Source: Anthoceros angustus
Lineage: Eukaryota > Plantae > Anthocerotophyta
DNA length: 64,000 bases
Assembly: GCA_010909165.1 (NCBI GenBank)
Contig: MU008212.1
Coordinates: 1 to 64,000 of the forward strand
Reading direction: 5' to 3'
In this document: piece by piece, positions 1 to 13,300 of the stretch
Layout of the letters: every line of letters begins with the position of its first letter
Numbering within the stretch: the stretch's first letter is position 1
Notes under the pieces: generated by a model
Database searches by the model: none
What the model saw: only the letters and a program-made list of their open reading frames with translations
Told to the model about the DNA's origin: nothing
Translations under genes and position numbers: made by a program

Positions 1-231
1 CTCGGCATCCTCCCATACCGCCATAAGTGCGTCCTCAACATGCATGGCGGACCGGACTTGGGTTTGGCCGATCAACTCCTGCTACGGTGGTCGCTGATCC
101 TCACGTCTTCGGGGCTTTGGCGAGCACACTTCGCCAAATGCCCTGCTTCTACAATCTTGACATAGTTTATCAAAATCTCCATTGCCTTGACGAGGTTGGA
201 TAAGGGCACGCATAGTGTCCAAGGTTGCTTG
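1..231 (-). pseudogene. Probable continuation of the Gypsy gag interrupted by Copia-1
   Basis: Minus-strand translation gives a frameshifted CCHC-like stretch (CQDCRS..GHLAKC). It abuts the Copia-1 LTR on the side opposite the gag at 7865-9360. Confidence 0.45.
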
Positions 232-484
232 TGATGAGAATCAATAGCTCTTAGATAGAAGAGAAACAATGGAATGAATTGATTAATGAGTAAAGTACAA
301 GCCTTTAAATAGGGTGGTTGGGTGGTTACAACAATATGTTGTTGTAACCATAAGTGGTTGCAACCATAAGTTGTTGCAACTATAAGTTGTTGTAACAACT
401 AACTACCCAAAGCCCTAGCTCTAAATTAATGTTTGAGTAATGAGGCCCTAATGAATAGTGCCCTAAGCTAGACCTATTTCATCA
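232..484 (-). repeat. Copia-1 3' LTR
   Basis: About 98% identical to 7608-7864 (about 5 substitutions and one 4-bp indel, counted by eye). Adjacent CTCCCACTC reads GAGTGGGAG on the minus strand, a PPT. Confidence 0.92.
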
Positions 485-2499
485 CTCCCACTCACTATGA
501 ATGTAGGGGTGAATTCTAGCTTCAAAATGAGGTCTAAATCATAGATAGACTCCCACTTAATCAAAAGTTATAAGCCTAAGAAAAATGCTAAAAACTTAAG
601 CTTTTGATGAACAATAAGCAAAATAGAAAACTAATATGTCCACCAAAATAATTCACCAGAATAAGGTTGAAAATAATAGCCTAAATAGCTAAATAGGCTT
701 AAAAGAGCCTAAAATAAAATAAAATAAAAGGCCTGAAAATAAAAGGCCCTTAAAAGCTTTAAATGGATAAGCAACGCTTATCCTAAATCGCCGCCCCCGG
801 CCACCGATGGCATGGGCGGTGACGGCCGAAGGCCTTCGACCGGCCACAGACACGAGGCGGGTGTCGGAGGATAGCCGCCATTGTCGGCCTCCTCCTCCCC
901 GCGCATCGCGCCATCGCAGCGCGCCACCGCTGCCCATCGGCCATCGCGCCGCCACGCCCGCGCTCCGCCCGCCTGCCCCGGCTCGTGGAGATCGCTTCGC
1001 CGCCTCGAGTCGCTCCGTGGCGCGCCGCGGCTCGCGTGCTGCTCCGCCCTTTTGCATCGCTGGTTTGTCCACATCTAAGCTTGCCATAGCACAAATGGTG
1101 ATGAACGCCGGTGATGCTCACGCTAGTGTCCTCATTGGTGGAAAGTCTGAAAATTGCGGCTTATTATATGTCCATAGTGTTGCAGCCAAAGTTGGAGTGG
1201 AGACTATCTCGTGTTAATATGGCACGCTTGATAGTAGGTGAGTTCCTGAATTTTGCATATTCTTCCATTTTCAATGCCTGTTTTCCATTTTCCATTTTCC
1301 ATTTTCCATATCTCTTCCATTTTCCATGTCTTGGTCTCTAAGAAATAAAAGGCCTAATGTGGTGGCAGGTCCTTGTCGGCGTGGAGGAAGGCTCTGCCCC
1401 CATGCTCCAAAGGACGAGGCCATAAAGAAAATGAAGAGAGCAAACCGAGTAGCAAGAAGGAGAAGAAAACTTGCCGCATGTGAGAAAAGGATATATTGAG
1501 CGGAAGCCGCCTGCTGATCTTGTGGTATAGAGATGCACGCGGGTGAAGAGATCCCGATGTCGGACCCGGCCGTAATATAGGAAATGATATGGAAGATCCT
1601 AATTTCTCTGTGAATTCGCAAGCATGTGCCGAGGTGGCTAAAACAGTGGAGAAAGCCGATGGAGAAGATGACGCCTTGGTGGTACAAGCACCGGAAAAAC
1701 CGATGTTGTCATCAAAGAAGTCGAGGGCTGGTAAGCCAAAAATGCAAAATAAATTGCAATAAATAATTTGATTGCATAAAAATACTAATGATTGTTGATG
1801 TAGATAATCCAACTACCGAGGGCCTGGAGCTCATCCTGAGTGTCCCGGGTATGACGACTTCAACATAGAAGAAGAGTGAGGAGTGGGACTAAAAGCAGAG
1901 AGGCCCCAGCAGTCAGATGTGAGGGCAGCCCAAGCTGGAGAGCATATAAGCATAGGAGAAGTAGGGGCTAGGGAAAAGAAAAGTGAGTAGGTGTAAAACC
2001 TATAGTTAGGGGCTAGTAACTAGTGTAACCTATGCTAATAATAAGCTAATCTACATCTATTTTGCGATGTGGAGAAAGGGTAGGCACAAGCCATGTGAGG
2101 TTTGCCCTACCTCTACAACCTATAACAAAACAAAAGGAAAATACCAAACTCCTATTTTGCCACCGAAACCTATGCAGCAACATACATGGTGCTTCCGGAG
2201 GAAAGGACCAGAAGTCCCCATGGAATATGTATGTGAGAAAAGGGATAAAAATGATGTGGTTAGGTGCATATCCATGTGAAGAGTACGAAGGACACACCAA
2301 GCACTTGTATAGTAAGTGACCTAACTTCAATGACTAACTCAACACCATTTTTCTTCCTGTAACCCATGGAGTGTTTTGTAGGGTCCTTTTGGGCATTAGA
2401 GAGAAGAGAAGGAGTACAGTGATGATTACTTGGAAATAGAAGAGGAAATAAACATGCTAGATAAACTTTGTGGATTGTAAAAATTGGAAAATACCTACT

Positions 2500-5400
2500 A
2501 TCTAGCTGGCTTAACCTCTTGTACTCCTAACATTTTCATGTGTTTTAAATGCAAATCTCTTCCTAATGACTTGGTTAAAAGGTCAGCTGGGTTGCTTTGA
2601 GTTGGTATATAATTGATATCTATTGTTTTATTTTCTAACATTTCCCGTATGTAATGATACTCATCGCTATATGTTTAGTTCGAGTGGAAAGTGGTTCCTA
2701 GCTAAGGCAATAGCCCCTGTCACATCAGAGAGGTGTAGGTCCATCTTGGGGATAATTCAACTCTCTCAATGCTAACCTACTCCGACTATATCCTTGGAGA
2801 CGAGGTGAGGACCCTATACTCGACCTGTCGACAAAGCAATGGTTGGTTGTTTCTTACTTGACCATGAAATGGGTGCACCTCCTAGCGAATGCATAGCCGG
2901 ATCTGATTTGCGGCTATCGGGATCTCCAAGATAGTCGTGATCAAAGATAAGTCGTTAATTGTAACTTAGATATGCCGAACATGTTTATACATCAATCCTG
3001 TGCATAGTCCCTTTTAAATACCTGAATATTCTCTTGACACATTGCCAATGTTGTCGCCCGTGATTCTCAAAATTGTGAGAGCACTAACTTCAAAAGATAT
3101 ATCGGGTCTTGTGAAGTTACTTAAATATATTAAGGTGCCAACAGATGTCCGTATGGTACTGACATTCGCTTTCTCGCATCTGTTTTAGGGCTCATATCGC
3201 TGTAAGCCTTGTGCCACTTGGAAATGGTGTGGCCGGCTTAGCATCTTCTAGTCCAAACTTATTTAAGCTTTCTTTTATATATTTTGTTTGAACCAAGGAA
3301 ATGGATTTATTACCTCTATTTCTTATAATGTTAACGCCAAGGGCATAACTAAGGTCTCCTGTGTCCGTCATTTCATAATGACTTCTCAACCATGCTTTAA
3401 TTTCAGCTAGATGGGAGAGTGAAGATGAAGCTAAAAATAAGTCATCCACATATAGTAAGAGGTAAATTGTGTAATCGTTTAGTCTTCGGGATATACATGC
3501 TAGCATCTTGCTTTGAACAAAACCATATTTTGTAAGCTTGTCATGTATATCATTATTCCATTCCTTGCGATTGCTTAAGGCCATAAATGCCTTTAATGAG
3601 CCTGCATACATGGTCTTCTTTACCTTTGACTTCATAGCCTTGTTGTCTCATGTATATTTCTTCTTGGATTCGCCATGAGATAGGCGCTTTGACGTCCATC
3701 ATGTGAAGATGTAAGTCATGTTGAGCGGACAAGGCTATTATAATTCGAGGAGGCAAACTTTGCTAGTGCATAGGTAGGTGGTATGTAATCTAAACCCGAT
3801 TCGGTAAACCCTCTGGCTACCAGCCTTGCCTTATATCGCTCAATAGAACCATCACCCTTACGTTTGATTTTAAAGACCCATTTACTTCCCACTATTTTTC
3901 TCCCTTTGGGTGGTTTAACTAATTCCCATGTGGAGTTTTCTACTAAAGAGTTGTACTCTGAATCTACTGCTACCTTCCACAGGTCTTTCTCAGGAGAGGA
4001 AAATGCTTGTTTCAAGGTTAGCGGTTCCTCTGGATCAACTGTGGCTTTGTAAACAGCTTGATAATAAGGTGTGAGAGGAGAAATGGGGTCATCAGAAGTG
4101 ACAAGATATCCCAAAGGTGGTTCCTTCCATCCAGCAGTCCTGCAGGGGTCTAGTCCTAAGATTGTACCTTGGTGCGGTTGTTGAATGTGTTCTTCAATGT
4201 CGACCACTTGTTGAGCGGTCGCGGTGTAACGCAGGCTCTTGTTCGGCTCGTCGAATTCATCCACTTGCTCGCCGACGGCTCATCCTCAAAAGGAATACGA
4301 TCCTCCTCACGAATTTCAACATCATAGTCGATTTCATCATCGCTTAAATGAGGTTCTTCTAAATCGGATCCGGAGTAGTTGGTCGCCTTGGAATATATTC
4401 TAACTCCTCCTCCTCCAATGAGGTTCATCCATAGGAGCTTGCGGAGGAGTGAATGAATGATGACAAAATCATCGTCATCAAAAGTGGAAGGCTCGGATGC
4501 GCAGAGGAAGGAGCATCGGGAGTAATGGGAGCAGATGCCCCAATAGGAGAAAGAATATGAGATTCATGAAAGGTCACGCCCTAGCATAAATGAGCTTTCG
4601 GGTAGATGGGTCAAATAACTTGTAACCCTTAATGCCTTCTGTAGCCAATAAAGGTATATTTGGCTGCCTTGGGATCGACTTCTGCGTTGTACTTTGGGGA
4701 TGAACACATAAGCGGGGATCCAAGATTCGTAAATGATCAATGAAGGTTTTCTCCAAGAAAAGCTTCATATGGAGTCATGCCTTGACGGAAGTTGGCGTCT
4801 ATTAAGGAGATATGTTGTCAATATAGCTTCACCAATAACTTTTAGATAATGTAGCTTGGGTGAGCAAACATGTGATCTCGGAGGCGTAAATTTTGTTTTC
4901 TCGCCATTTTTGAGGTGTGTGTACCACACTAAGTTGTTGCGCTATACCTTCAAGCAAAATTCAGCAAAATTTTGAAGTGAACTCTCCTCCATTATCGGAG
5001 CGAAGAGTTTTAAGCTTCTGTCAGAAGTCTCTCGCCCACATCATATATTCTTTGAAGAAAGAAAAGGCGACTCTTATGGCGGAGGATGTAGGTGAGGACG
5101 AACCGGAATAATCATCATGAAGGTTAAAAATATCTACAACCACTAAATGAAGGTGCGTATAGGACCACAAATGTATGTGAACCAACTCTAAGGGTGCCTA
5201 GCCCTCCGAGGATGGATTGTGGAATGGAGCTTGATGTTTTGGTTATGACGCAAGCTTCACACCGTGAGAGGTTCAAGTTTAGGAACAGGAGTTCTATACA
5301 GTTTCCTTAGACATTTGGATAAGCTTTTGGCTATTCGGATGACCTAATCGAGCTGCCAAAGCATGGTGCTTGAAGAGTGGAATGGGAGGCTACATTGATG

Positions 5401-6650
5401 AGGTGTAACGGACCCACTTGGGCGAGTTTATAGAGTCCATCTTCTAGTGTTCCGAGCATTGTGTGATACTTATTAGTATGATAGTAAAGGAGACACAAAT
5501 CGGCTTCAAGGATAATTTGCATGTTATGTTCTTGACATAAACTAGCGGTGACACTAGATTCTTGCACATGGAGGGTACATAAAGGACATGGAGAGAGTAA
5601 GAACGCGGTGGAGCACTTTAATGCCACGGAACCTACACCAAATATGGTGAGGTTATGGCCGAGCACTGTTTGTTGTCCTTTTGATGGCGAATACGACTCA
5701 AAAAGTTAAGGTCGTGACATATATGAGATGTTGCACCATCTAAATACCAATTTTGGTTTGATGGCTTGGAACTTGCCAAGGCATGAAAGTGCTGATGGAG
5801 TTGCCGTGGAGGGCTTCTTCTTAACGGCAACATGTGCTCGTGGTGACCTCCTTCTTTGGCTCACCATTTTTCTTCTTCCAACAATCCTTCTCCATATGGT
5901 TGGTCATCTTGCACCAATTGCGGTAACTCCAGCCTTCTTCATGCCTTTGAAGGTTTAAATGAAGAAGTGGATGTTCCTTGAAAATTTTGAGTAGGAGTCG
6001 GTCTAGGAGTGAAGTTTCCGCGCCTCGGCCACGTCCTCTTCCTCTCGCGTACATGTACATTACTTGGCGGGCTGATCGGGATTTTCATTTCGGCGACGCG
6101 TCCTCAATAAGTGCTCCAATTAATTCACTTACGATATCCAGTTATGGAGCCCGTTAATTTCTTCTGTTTTGTGCGCTCTAAGGACCGCATTTTGCGTTGT
6201 CACAAAGGGCCTATAGGAGGCGGCAAGTTGAGGAGAGCAATAAAAGTTTGTTTCTCTGTAAGTTTTCTTGAGGATGCATTGAAATTATTCTTTTCTGAAG
6301 TTGCTCAAGTGTTGTTGTAAGGAATCGCCTCCTTCATCCTTATAGTATATAAGTGACGTGTGGCGATCAATAAGCTCATTCCATCTTTGGAGGCATAAGT
6401 CGAGCTAACTTCTCCCACATCTCTGCGGTGTTTGCGTCGCAACTTGGAGTACCATCGCTTGTAAGTCCGTTCATTAAAACGCTCTCCGATCTTTGGCTTC
6501 CCATTCATCTATAGCATCGAGTCCCAAGTGGAACATTCTTCCGTCGCTTGACAATATTCCATAAGTCGGCAGCGGACACCTTGGCATGTTGCCATACGTC
6601 GTACTTGCCGTTGAATCTATCTTTGTCTTTAAAGTTGTCACCTTGAATCA
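2500..6650 (-). pseudogene. Copia-1 gag-pol, frameshifted
   Basis: gag zinc knuckle CKMTNHMEKDCW, protease WYLDGATSHIC, RT motifs WELVKPPKGRKIVGSKWVFKIK, YKARLVARGFT and LLLYVDDL, and RNase H remnants at ~2550-2760. Ends approximate. Confidence 0.9.
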
Positions 6651-7595
6651 CTTGAGGCTTGGATTCATTACGCTTTTAGCTTTCTCCTTTTCTTCCTTTT
6701 AAATTGCTCCCATTCATCTCGCCATATAGATTGTTGTTCTTCAAGCCATTTGGTCTTTTGGGCGTAAAATTTTGCTCTGCGCCAAGTCATCAATATCCAC
6801 GTCGAGATCGTCCGACCCCACCATTGCAAGTAATTTTAATGATGCAGGTTATGCCGTGGTTGACACGCCGTCTTCTTGCATTGTTTTGCGGGAAAGAGGC
6901 GGCGGTACAACATTCTTCAAATTATGAATTTCGCATCATAATCGAATCTGCAGACTTACAATCAAGTGAGAAGAGACCTTGTGAAAGGTCTCGGTCAACA
7001 AGTCTATCGAGATAATATTGATTTGTTGTGTATTGTAAGTCAATTTCTCATTGATAGCAGTGATTTATTCTAAGTTACGCTCTAATGGAATCAAGAGATT
7101 GCTGCGATGATCCGGATTAGGAGCGAAGATACTAGCCTTATTTTTATGTACTTAGAGATGGCGGACTCTATGGCACTATATTGATAAAGGCTAAATGTAG
7201 AAAGGAGAGCTTTACGAGCATAAATGATATCTTGTACTCTATCTCGACTTAGACAAAGGGCTTCAATGAGACAACATACTTGTGCCTCTAAAACATCAAT
7301 GAGGAGAATTGAGGTCAAACTCCTCCCATGTAAGAAGATTTGATTTGATGTTGTTCTTCTTCTTTGAAGCCTTGATCTTCCTCCTAAATTCTTGCTTGGA
7401 TTAAAGGAATCCATGGAGGCGGACAAGAAATTGATGCACAATGTGTGCATCATTGTGCGCTGGTCACCAGATGATTGCTGCTGAAGGCGAAATCTCCACG
7501 CTGCATTATCTTCATTTGAAGTACTACAAACGCAAAAGCATTGGAGAAAATTGCCTAGAGCATAAGGAAGAGGTGCTCAAGCACAAAGAGCTAAA

Positions 7596-7607
7596 TGCTC
7601 GATACCA
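7596..7607 (-). promoter_or_regulatory. Primer binding site (tRNA-iMet) of Copia-1
   Basis: Minus strand TGGTATCGAGCA directly after the LTR; canonical form is TGGTATCAGAGC. Confidence 0.85.
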
Positions 7608-7864
7608 TGATGAGAATCAATAGCTCTTAGATAGAAGAGAAACAATGGAATGAATTGATTAATGAGTAAAGTACAAGCCTTTAAATAGGCTGGGTGGTTG
7701 GGTAGTTACAACAATATGTTGTTGTAACCATAAGTGGTTACAACCATAAGATGTTGCAACTATAAGTTGTTGTAACAACTAACTACCTAAAGCCCTAGCT
7801 CTAAATTAATGTTTGAGTAATTAGGCCCTAATGAATAGTGCCCTAAGCTAGACCTATTTCATCA
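7608..7864 (-). repeat. Copia-1 5' LTR
   Basis: Direct repeat of 232-484 with TG..CA termini, followed by the PBS. Confidence 0.92.
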
Positions 7865-9360
7865 AGTTGTAGCACAAGACGGTGCCCATTGGATTGTTAC
7901 CCCGCCCCAGCTGGTTACGAACGCCTACCCCCGTGGAGTTACGTAGGTTGGCCGGGTACATGGTTTTTGGGTACACTTGGGTTGTTGAACCTCACGGATC
8001 GGTATGTATCTTCCCGGACCCTCTTCCTCCTCTTCCTCATATCCCGGTGTACCCTTGTCGTCGGACAATTAGCTTTGGAGTGTCCTGCTGCCCACACGTT
8101 GAGCGAAGAGGTTGGCTCGTGGGTTCGTGACGACTCTCCGCCTCTCATGTTCCTTGACCGCATTAAGATGGAATTTCGAATTTTGCCATCATCTCCTCCA
8201 TCTTGTTCCCTGTTGTTCTACTTTCTTGGGCTGCCACCTCGGCCTCCCTCCTCGCTTATTCGCGTCCTTTTTGCGTACATCGCCTCTGTTTTGCCCTTGC
8301 CCGGCTCCTTGTTGTCCGTGCGACCCTTCATTTCTTTTTCCATTTGGCGCTCCTCATCGATGGCCTTCCTCGCCGTCACTCGTTTCCTCCTCAGGAACTT
8401 TCATGGAATCTTCATGGAGCTCTCTTCACGATGAACTTTCTTAGGAGGATGAGGATCCCTTCTTTTTCCGATCCAGGCTTCTTCTTCTCCTTCTTAGCCT
8501 TCCTCCTCCCTTGCGGGTTGGATTCCTCATAGTTTAGCGCCTTGATAGCCTTGCCCAAATTCTTCTCCGCTTGTAACCTTCGTGTCTCCCCATCTTAGAA
8601 CCCGGGCCTTTAGCGAACCACCGTGCACCGCAACTCAGTGAGGCCGCCCGATCGCGTGGTGTGAAACCTCTCCACATACGCTGCGGTTTCCTTCTTTCCT
8701 CTGCAGCTTTTCAAGCTTGGACAACACGTATCCCTCCACGTCAAGCCCCCTGAACCTCTCACAGAAGGCGGTTTTTAACTCTTCATAGGTTACTGGAGGT
8801 GTGGCTGACTTGAGGTATTCGCGCCTATACCACTTCGCTGGACCCCCCCGAAGAACTCCATAGAACAGCTGAATACGCTGTGCATCTCCCGCTTCCTGGT
8901 TTGCAAATGTCAGCTGCTCAAAACGCTCAACAAATTCATCAGGGTCTTCATACCCCTTCCCCTCTCCATACAGCGGGTAAGGTTGCTTGGTGGTGACCAC
9001 CACCGGCACGGTGGTGGTCATGACTATCGTTGCTGATTCGGCCGTGGTTGGTCAACAAGTTCTGCGGAGTCGATTGATCTCCAGCGATGCACACTTTTGG
9101 AAGAGGTCGATGGATGGAATTGGTCAGGTTCCTTGGCGGTGGTACCTCGTCCAAGTCCGAGGTTGGGGATCTTGCTCCAACAAGATCGGACCCCGTCCCT
9201 GGTTGCTTCCTTACCTCCTTCTCCTTCCCAGTCGTCTTCTGGACCCTCCTCAACTCGCGGTTTGCAACCCTTTTAACCTTTCCGATTGCTTGGCGTTGTC
9301 GCTTCTCTTGTGGCCTTCCGTCCGACTCGAACCCTCGACTCAACCGTGGCATCCATCTAC
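7865..9360 (-). pseudogene. Ty3/Gypsy (Athila/Tat-like) gag, frameshifted
   Basis: ORF 8635-9021 has retrotransposon gag features (EDPDEFVERFE...LRGGPAKWYR...TYEELKTAFCERF). A zinc knuckle (GHSKANCP) lies near 8060-8110. Confidence 0.8.
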
Positions 9361-9431
9361 CTAACTAGATACACTCCAAAACTAGACACCTAAGCTATGG
9401 TTAGTCCCCTATAACCTTGTGACGGTTTCAT

Positions 9432-9449
9432 TCCCGACAGCAGCGCCAA
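9432..9449 (-). promoter_or_regulatory. Athila/Tat-type primer binding site
   Basis: Minus strand ...ACA TTT TGGCGCTGCTGTCGGGA resembles the TGGCGCCGTTG(C/T)CGGGGA PBS of Athila/Tat elements. Confidence 0.75.
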
Positions 9450-9451
9450 AA

Positions 9452-10292
9452 TGTGGAATGGGTTTTGCATCGAAGGCAAAGAGGCCACATTTACCCTCTA
9501 TGTCGTTATAGTCCTAGGATTCGATCCCAAGGGAATGGTGTTGTGTCAGGTGTGCTAAATCTATGGATTCTAGACCTACGTCGCTCACTACCCCACCTTC
9601 TCCCACCTGCCCAAACCCACCACCGTGGTAGACTCGGCCACCCCGGTGGCAGTTCGACCATGGCGGGTCCCACCACAGCGCCTTTCGAGTCTATTCGTCA
9701 CGGCTTCTCACGGACCTAGGGCTATGGGCATCGGACACCTATATACACCTCACTTTACTTAGAATTTCGATTCCACGCTTCCACTCCTCTCGCATTTATT
9801 TTCCCTCACACTCTCACAATCCCTCCCAGTAGCACTCATCTACCCCCCGGAACCTCCCTTCCAATGAACTCTCCCTCGTCTCACGGGCCACAGACCCCTC
9901 CTCCTTGGGCCACAGACCCCTCCTCCTTGGGCCACCAGACCCCTCCTTGGGCCACCACAGACCCCTCTCTCATGGAATGAACACACAGTGGCGGTTGGAA
10001 GAGGATCGGGAAGAAAACCCGGTCGGTGCTTGGGCGATTCGCCTTCCGGATTCCACCTCGGCCTTCGGCAATTCCTACCTCTTTTCGGCTACCTTCCGTT
10101 ACCGCGTGGAGCTTGGCCACTCCGCTCTCGACCATCCAGATCTTCCGGCCTTCTTGTGACGAGAAGGCGGTGCGCGAACCCCGTTTGATGCGACGTCTCC
10201 AATCAACCCCTCGGCGGTTCGATACGGAAGTTCACACGAAATCGCGCTTGAGACACCCAAAGGGTCTCTTATACATCGGGCGTGGTCCAACA
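9452..10292 (-). repeat. Probable Gypsy LTR (~840 bp)
   Basis: Starts TGTGGA next to the PBS. Putative far end TCCAACA is a near-inverted terminus followed by the pyrimidine tract CTCACTTCTCTTT (PPT on minus). The right boundary is inferred from one copy only. Confidence 0.55.
9885..9968. repeat. ~20-22 bp tandem repeat, about 4 copies (GGGCCACAGACCCCTCCTCCTT) inside the LTR
   Basis: Read directly from the sequence. Confidence 0.85.
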
Positions 10293-10399
10293 CTCACTTC
10301 TCTTTAGTGTCTAAAATTGTAGCTCCTACCACGGCGCCCTTGCAATCTAAGCAACAGACTCTACGGTGATGGAACTCCCTATCCCTCGAAAAACCCGGT

Positions 10400-13300
10400 C
10401 CTAGGCTATCGCGACTCCCCTAAAATCAGCTGCCGCCTCCGCGATTCTTTGCCTCGCCCTCGGCCCATGGGGACCCCTCTCGCTCTTGACCTCGATCCGG
10501 ATTTTCCCCACAACCTCCACCTCACTCTCACTTTGCAATTTCCCTCGCGCCTTCCAGCGGACGTTGCGCGTGACCTCTATGTCCATTGTCCGCTCCTCCT
10601 CATTTGGACAACCATACTGTGCTCCTCCCTCCATGCTCGCTGCGCCTCGCTCATCTCTTCCGGCACCACTTGCGGAGGATAGGCGCCCGCTCCTACTCGA
10701 AGGAACCAGCGTAGCGCTGTGGCGGTCAAGATGTCTGACCGGTGGTTTACGCCCCTCCTGTCCCAACAACCACATACACGTTTAGAGTGAGCACCCGCTC
10801 ACCATGCGGAAGCCGAGGACATGAGCATCCTCATCCGGGCCGTCGCCCTTCGATCTGAGGTCCTTACCCTCTCCTCCGTGGACAATCACAGGCCGGTGCT
10901 GTTGATTCTCCGGATCATCCCTCCATCTGCGACACTCCTGCCGGTGACTTCCCCACCTCGGTTCCCGTTCCACGGCGGTGGCTGGTTTAGCCACCGTGGT
11001 GGTTCTTCCCACGGTGGTTGCTTGGCTCTGCGGTGGGCTGTTGCTCGGCCTTCTTGGTTTGGCCACCTCTCTCTTGACTCGGCCCTAGCCGTCTCTTTCC
11101 GCTTGTACCTCTCATGACTTCTTGAATTTCTCCAAGGCGCCATATTCCACGCTCCACGGACTCGCGAGACCTCATCTTGAAGCTCTTCAATTGTAGCATG
11201 CCGCCTTGACTGATTTACTAAAGCTTCTGCGAGTGGACATGTCCCGCCGCTCCTGTGCCTTGCATAAGGCCGCCCGCACTCCGTCTGCGCTCCTCGGCGC
11301 CTTGCTCTCGCCTTCGGGCTTCCAACTTCTCCTTGAGCAACTTCTCCTGTTGGCCTTGCACTCGGCGGTAGAGCCATGGGCTGCTTGATCGAGGAGATCA
11401 CTGCGTCATGCCATGGCGAAGTCAAACCACCAAATCCCCAAATTGGGCTGTCCCTTTGCCCATCCGCCTCCACAACAATTCTCGGCGGTGTCTCCTATCC
11501 CCACCTCGGCCAGACGGTTCGGTGAAATGTCGCCAAAATGTCCGGAGCTCGTTGCGGTCTCGGCTGCTGAAGTTAACCCCTCCTCTCCTAGGGGTTGGTG
11601 CCTTGCCTCTTCCCCGCTTCATTCTCTAGCGGCGATTCATCCCCACACAGGAGGAGCAACTTGCCATTTCCCTTTATTTTCTCCTCCTTTACCCGCGTTC
11701 TCTGTCTTGACACAGTGACCACAGGTGTGTGTGGGTTCCTCCTCTGCGGTTTCTCCTCCTTCTTTCGGCCGTTGCCGCCCTTCGCTTCTTACCCTTGGAA
11801 ACTTCCCCACCCTCTTCCGAACCTTCGAGGCGCATTCCCAAGCTGGAATCCTTGCAGAATCCTCCTTCAATTCCTCCTCTTCTACCTTGAGTTCCTGGCC
11901 GGCTTCCAACCATGCGGGCGGACCGACTTCAACTCGTTAAACACCGAATGCGCAAATACATGAATCGGAAAAGGCGAAATCAAGGAGGGCCGAGGGGAAG
12001 GAGAGAGTAAATTCGCCCTCTCCTCACGGGCTCTTTCGAAAATCATCCTTCCCCAATCAATTTGTGTACCCTTGACCACCTCGTGAAGAAAAACCAAGAA
12101 GTGATCCGCCATATGATCCGACTTAGGTTACAGGAAACACAAAATCCATTTGGCCAATCCCACCGGTGCAGAACACGAGTTGGCGAGTCACCCGACCATT
12201 GTTCACTCTCACTTCCCAGGCTTCATGGCGCGGCTGCGGCTTTCAAGGTCTTCTTTTGGGGTCAATCACCAAGCTCCCATCTTGATGCTTCTCGCCCATA
12301 CCTTTCGAAGAGGGCCAAATCCCGATTCTGCGGCCTTTTCCTCGCGTCACCCTCTTGCGACTTGGTCCTTAATTGCCGCACTCTTGCACCAATGCACGGT
12401 ATCGTAGCACCATTTCTTCTCCATGAACTTCAGCCCGGCTCACGCACGGTGCCGGCTCTCACTTTCCGATGGTCCATGTTGGGCCCGCTGCGTCATGCCA
12501 TGGCAGTCAAACCCAAATCCCCAAATTGGGCTGTCCCTTTGCCCATCCGCCTCCACAACAATTCTCGGCGGTGTCTCCTATCCCCACCTCACCGGACGGT
12601 TCGGTGAAATGTCGCCAAAATGTCCGGAGCTCGTTGCGGTCTCGGCCTGAAGTTAACCCCTCCTCTCCTAGGGGTTGATGCCTTGCCTCTTCCTTCATTC
12701 TCCCCTAGCGGCGATTCATCCCCACACAGGAGGAGCAACTTGCCATTTCCCTTTATTTTCTCCTCCTTTACCGTTCTCTGTCGTCTTGACACGTGACCAC
12801 AGGTGTGGCGTGGGTTCCTCCTCTCTGCTGCTCCCTTTTTCGCCGACCCCGTTCGTGCCGTTCGCTTCTTACCCTTGGAAACTTCCCCACCCTCTTCCGA
12901 ACCTTCGAGCGCACTCCCAAGCTTCTGGAATCCTTGCGAATCCTCCTTCAATTCCTCCTCTTCTACCTTGAGTTCCACGGCTTCCAACCATGCGGGCGGA
13001 CCGACTTCAACTCAGTTAAACACGGAATGCAAATACATGAATCGAAAAGGCGAAATCAAGGAGGGCCGAGGGAAGGAGAGAGTAAATTCGCCTTCTCCTC
13101 ACAGGCTCTTTCGAAAATCATCCTCCCCAATCAATTTGTGTACCCTTGACCACCTCGTGAAGAAAAACCAAGAAGTGATCCGCCATATGATCCGACTTAG
13201 GTTACATGGAAACACAAAATCCATTTGGCCAATCCCACCATGCGACACGAGTTGGCGAGTCACCCATTGTTCACTCTCACTTCCCGGGCTTCATGGCCGC

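Larger units (their letters stand above)
232..7864 (-). mobile_element. Copia-1: full-length, decayed Ty1/Copia LTR retrotransposon
   Basis: Two ~255-bp LTRs (232-484, 7608-7864) with TGATGA..TCATCA ends, an iMet PBS, a PPT, and domain order gag-PR-INT-RT-RH. Flanks GCTTG/AGTTG match 3/5, so the TSD is imperfect. Confidence 0.93.

Noticed and set aside
6650-7595. ORFs in the Copia-1 5' leader (6704-7015, 7091-7453)
   Set aside because: Alternative starts and no recognisable motifs; treated as untranslated leader.
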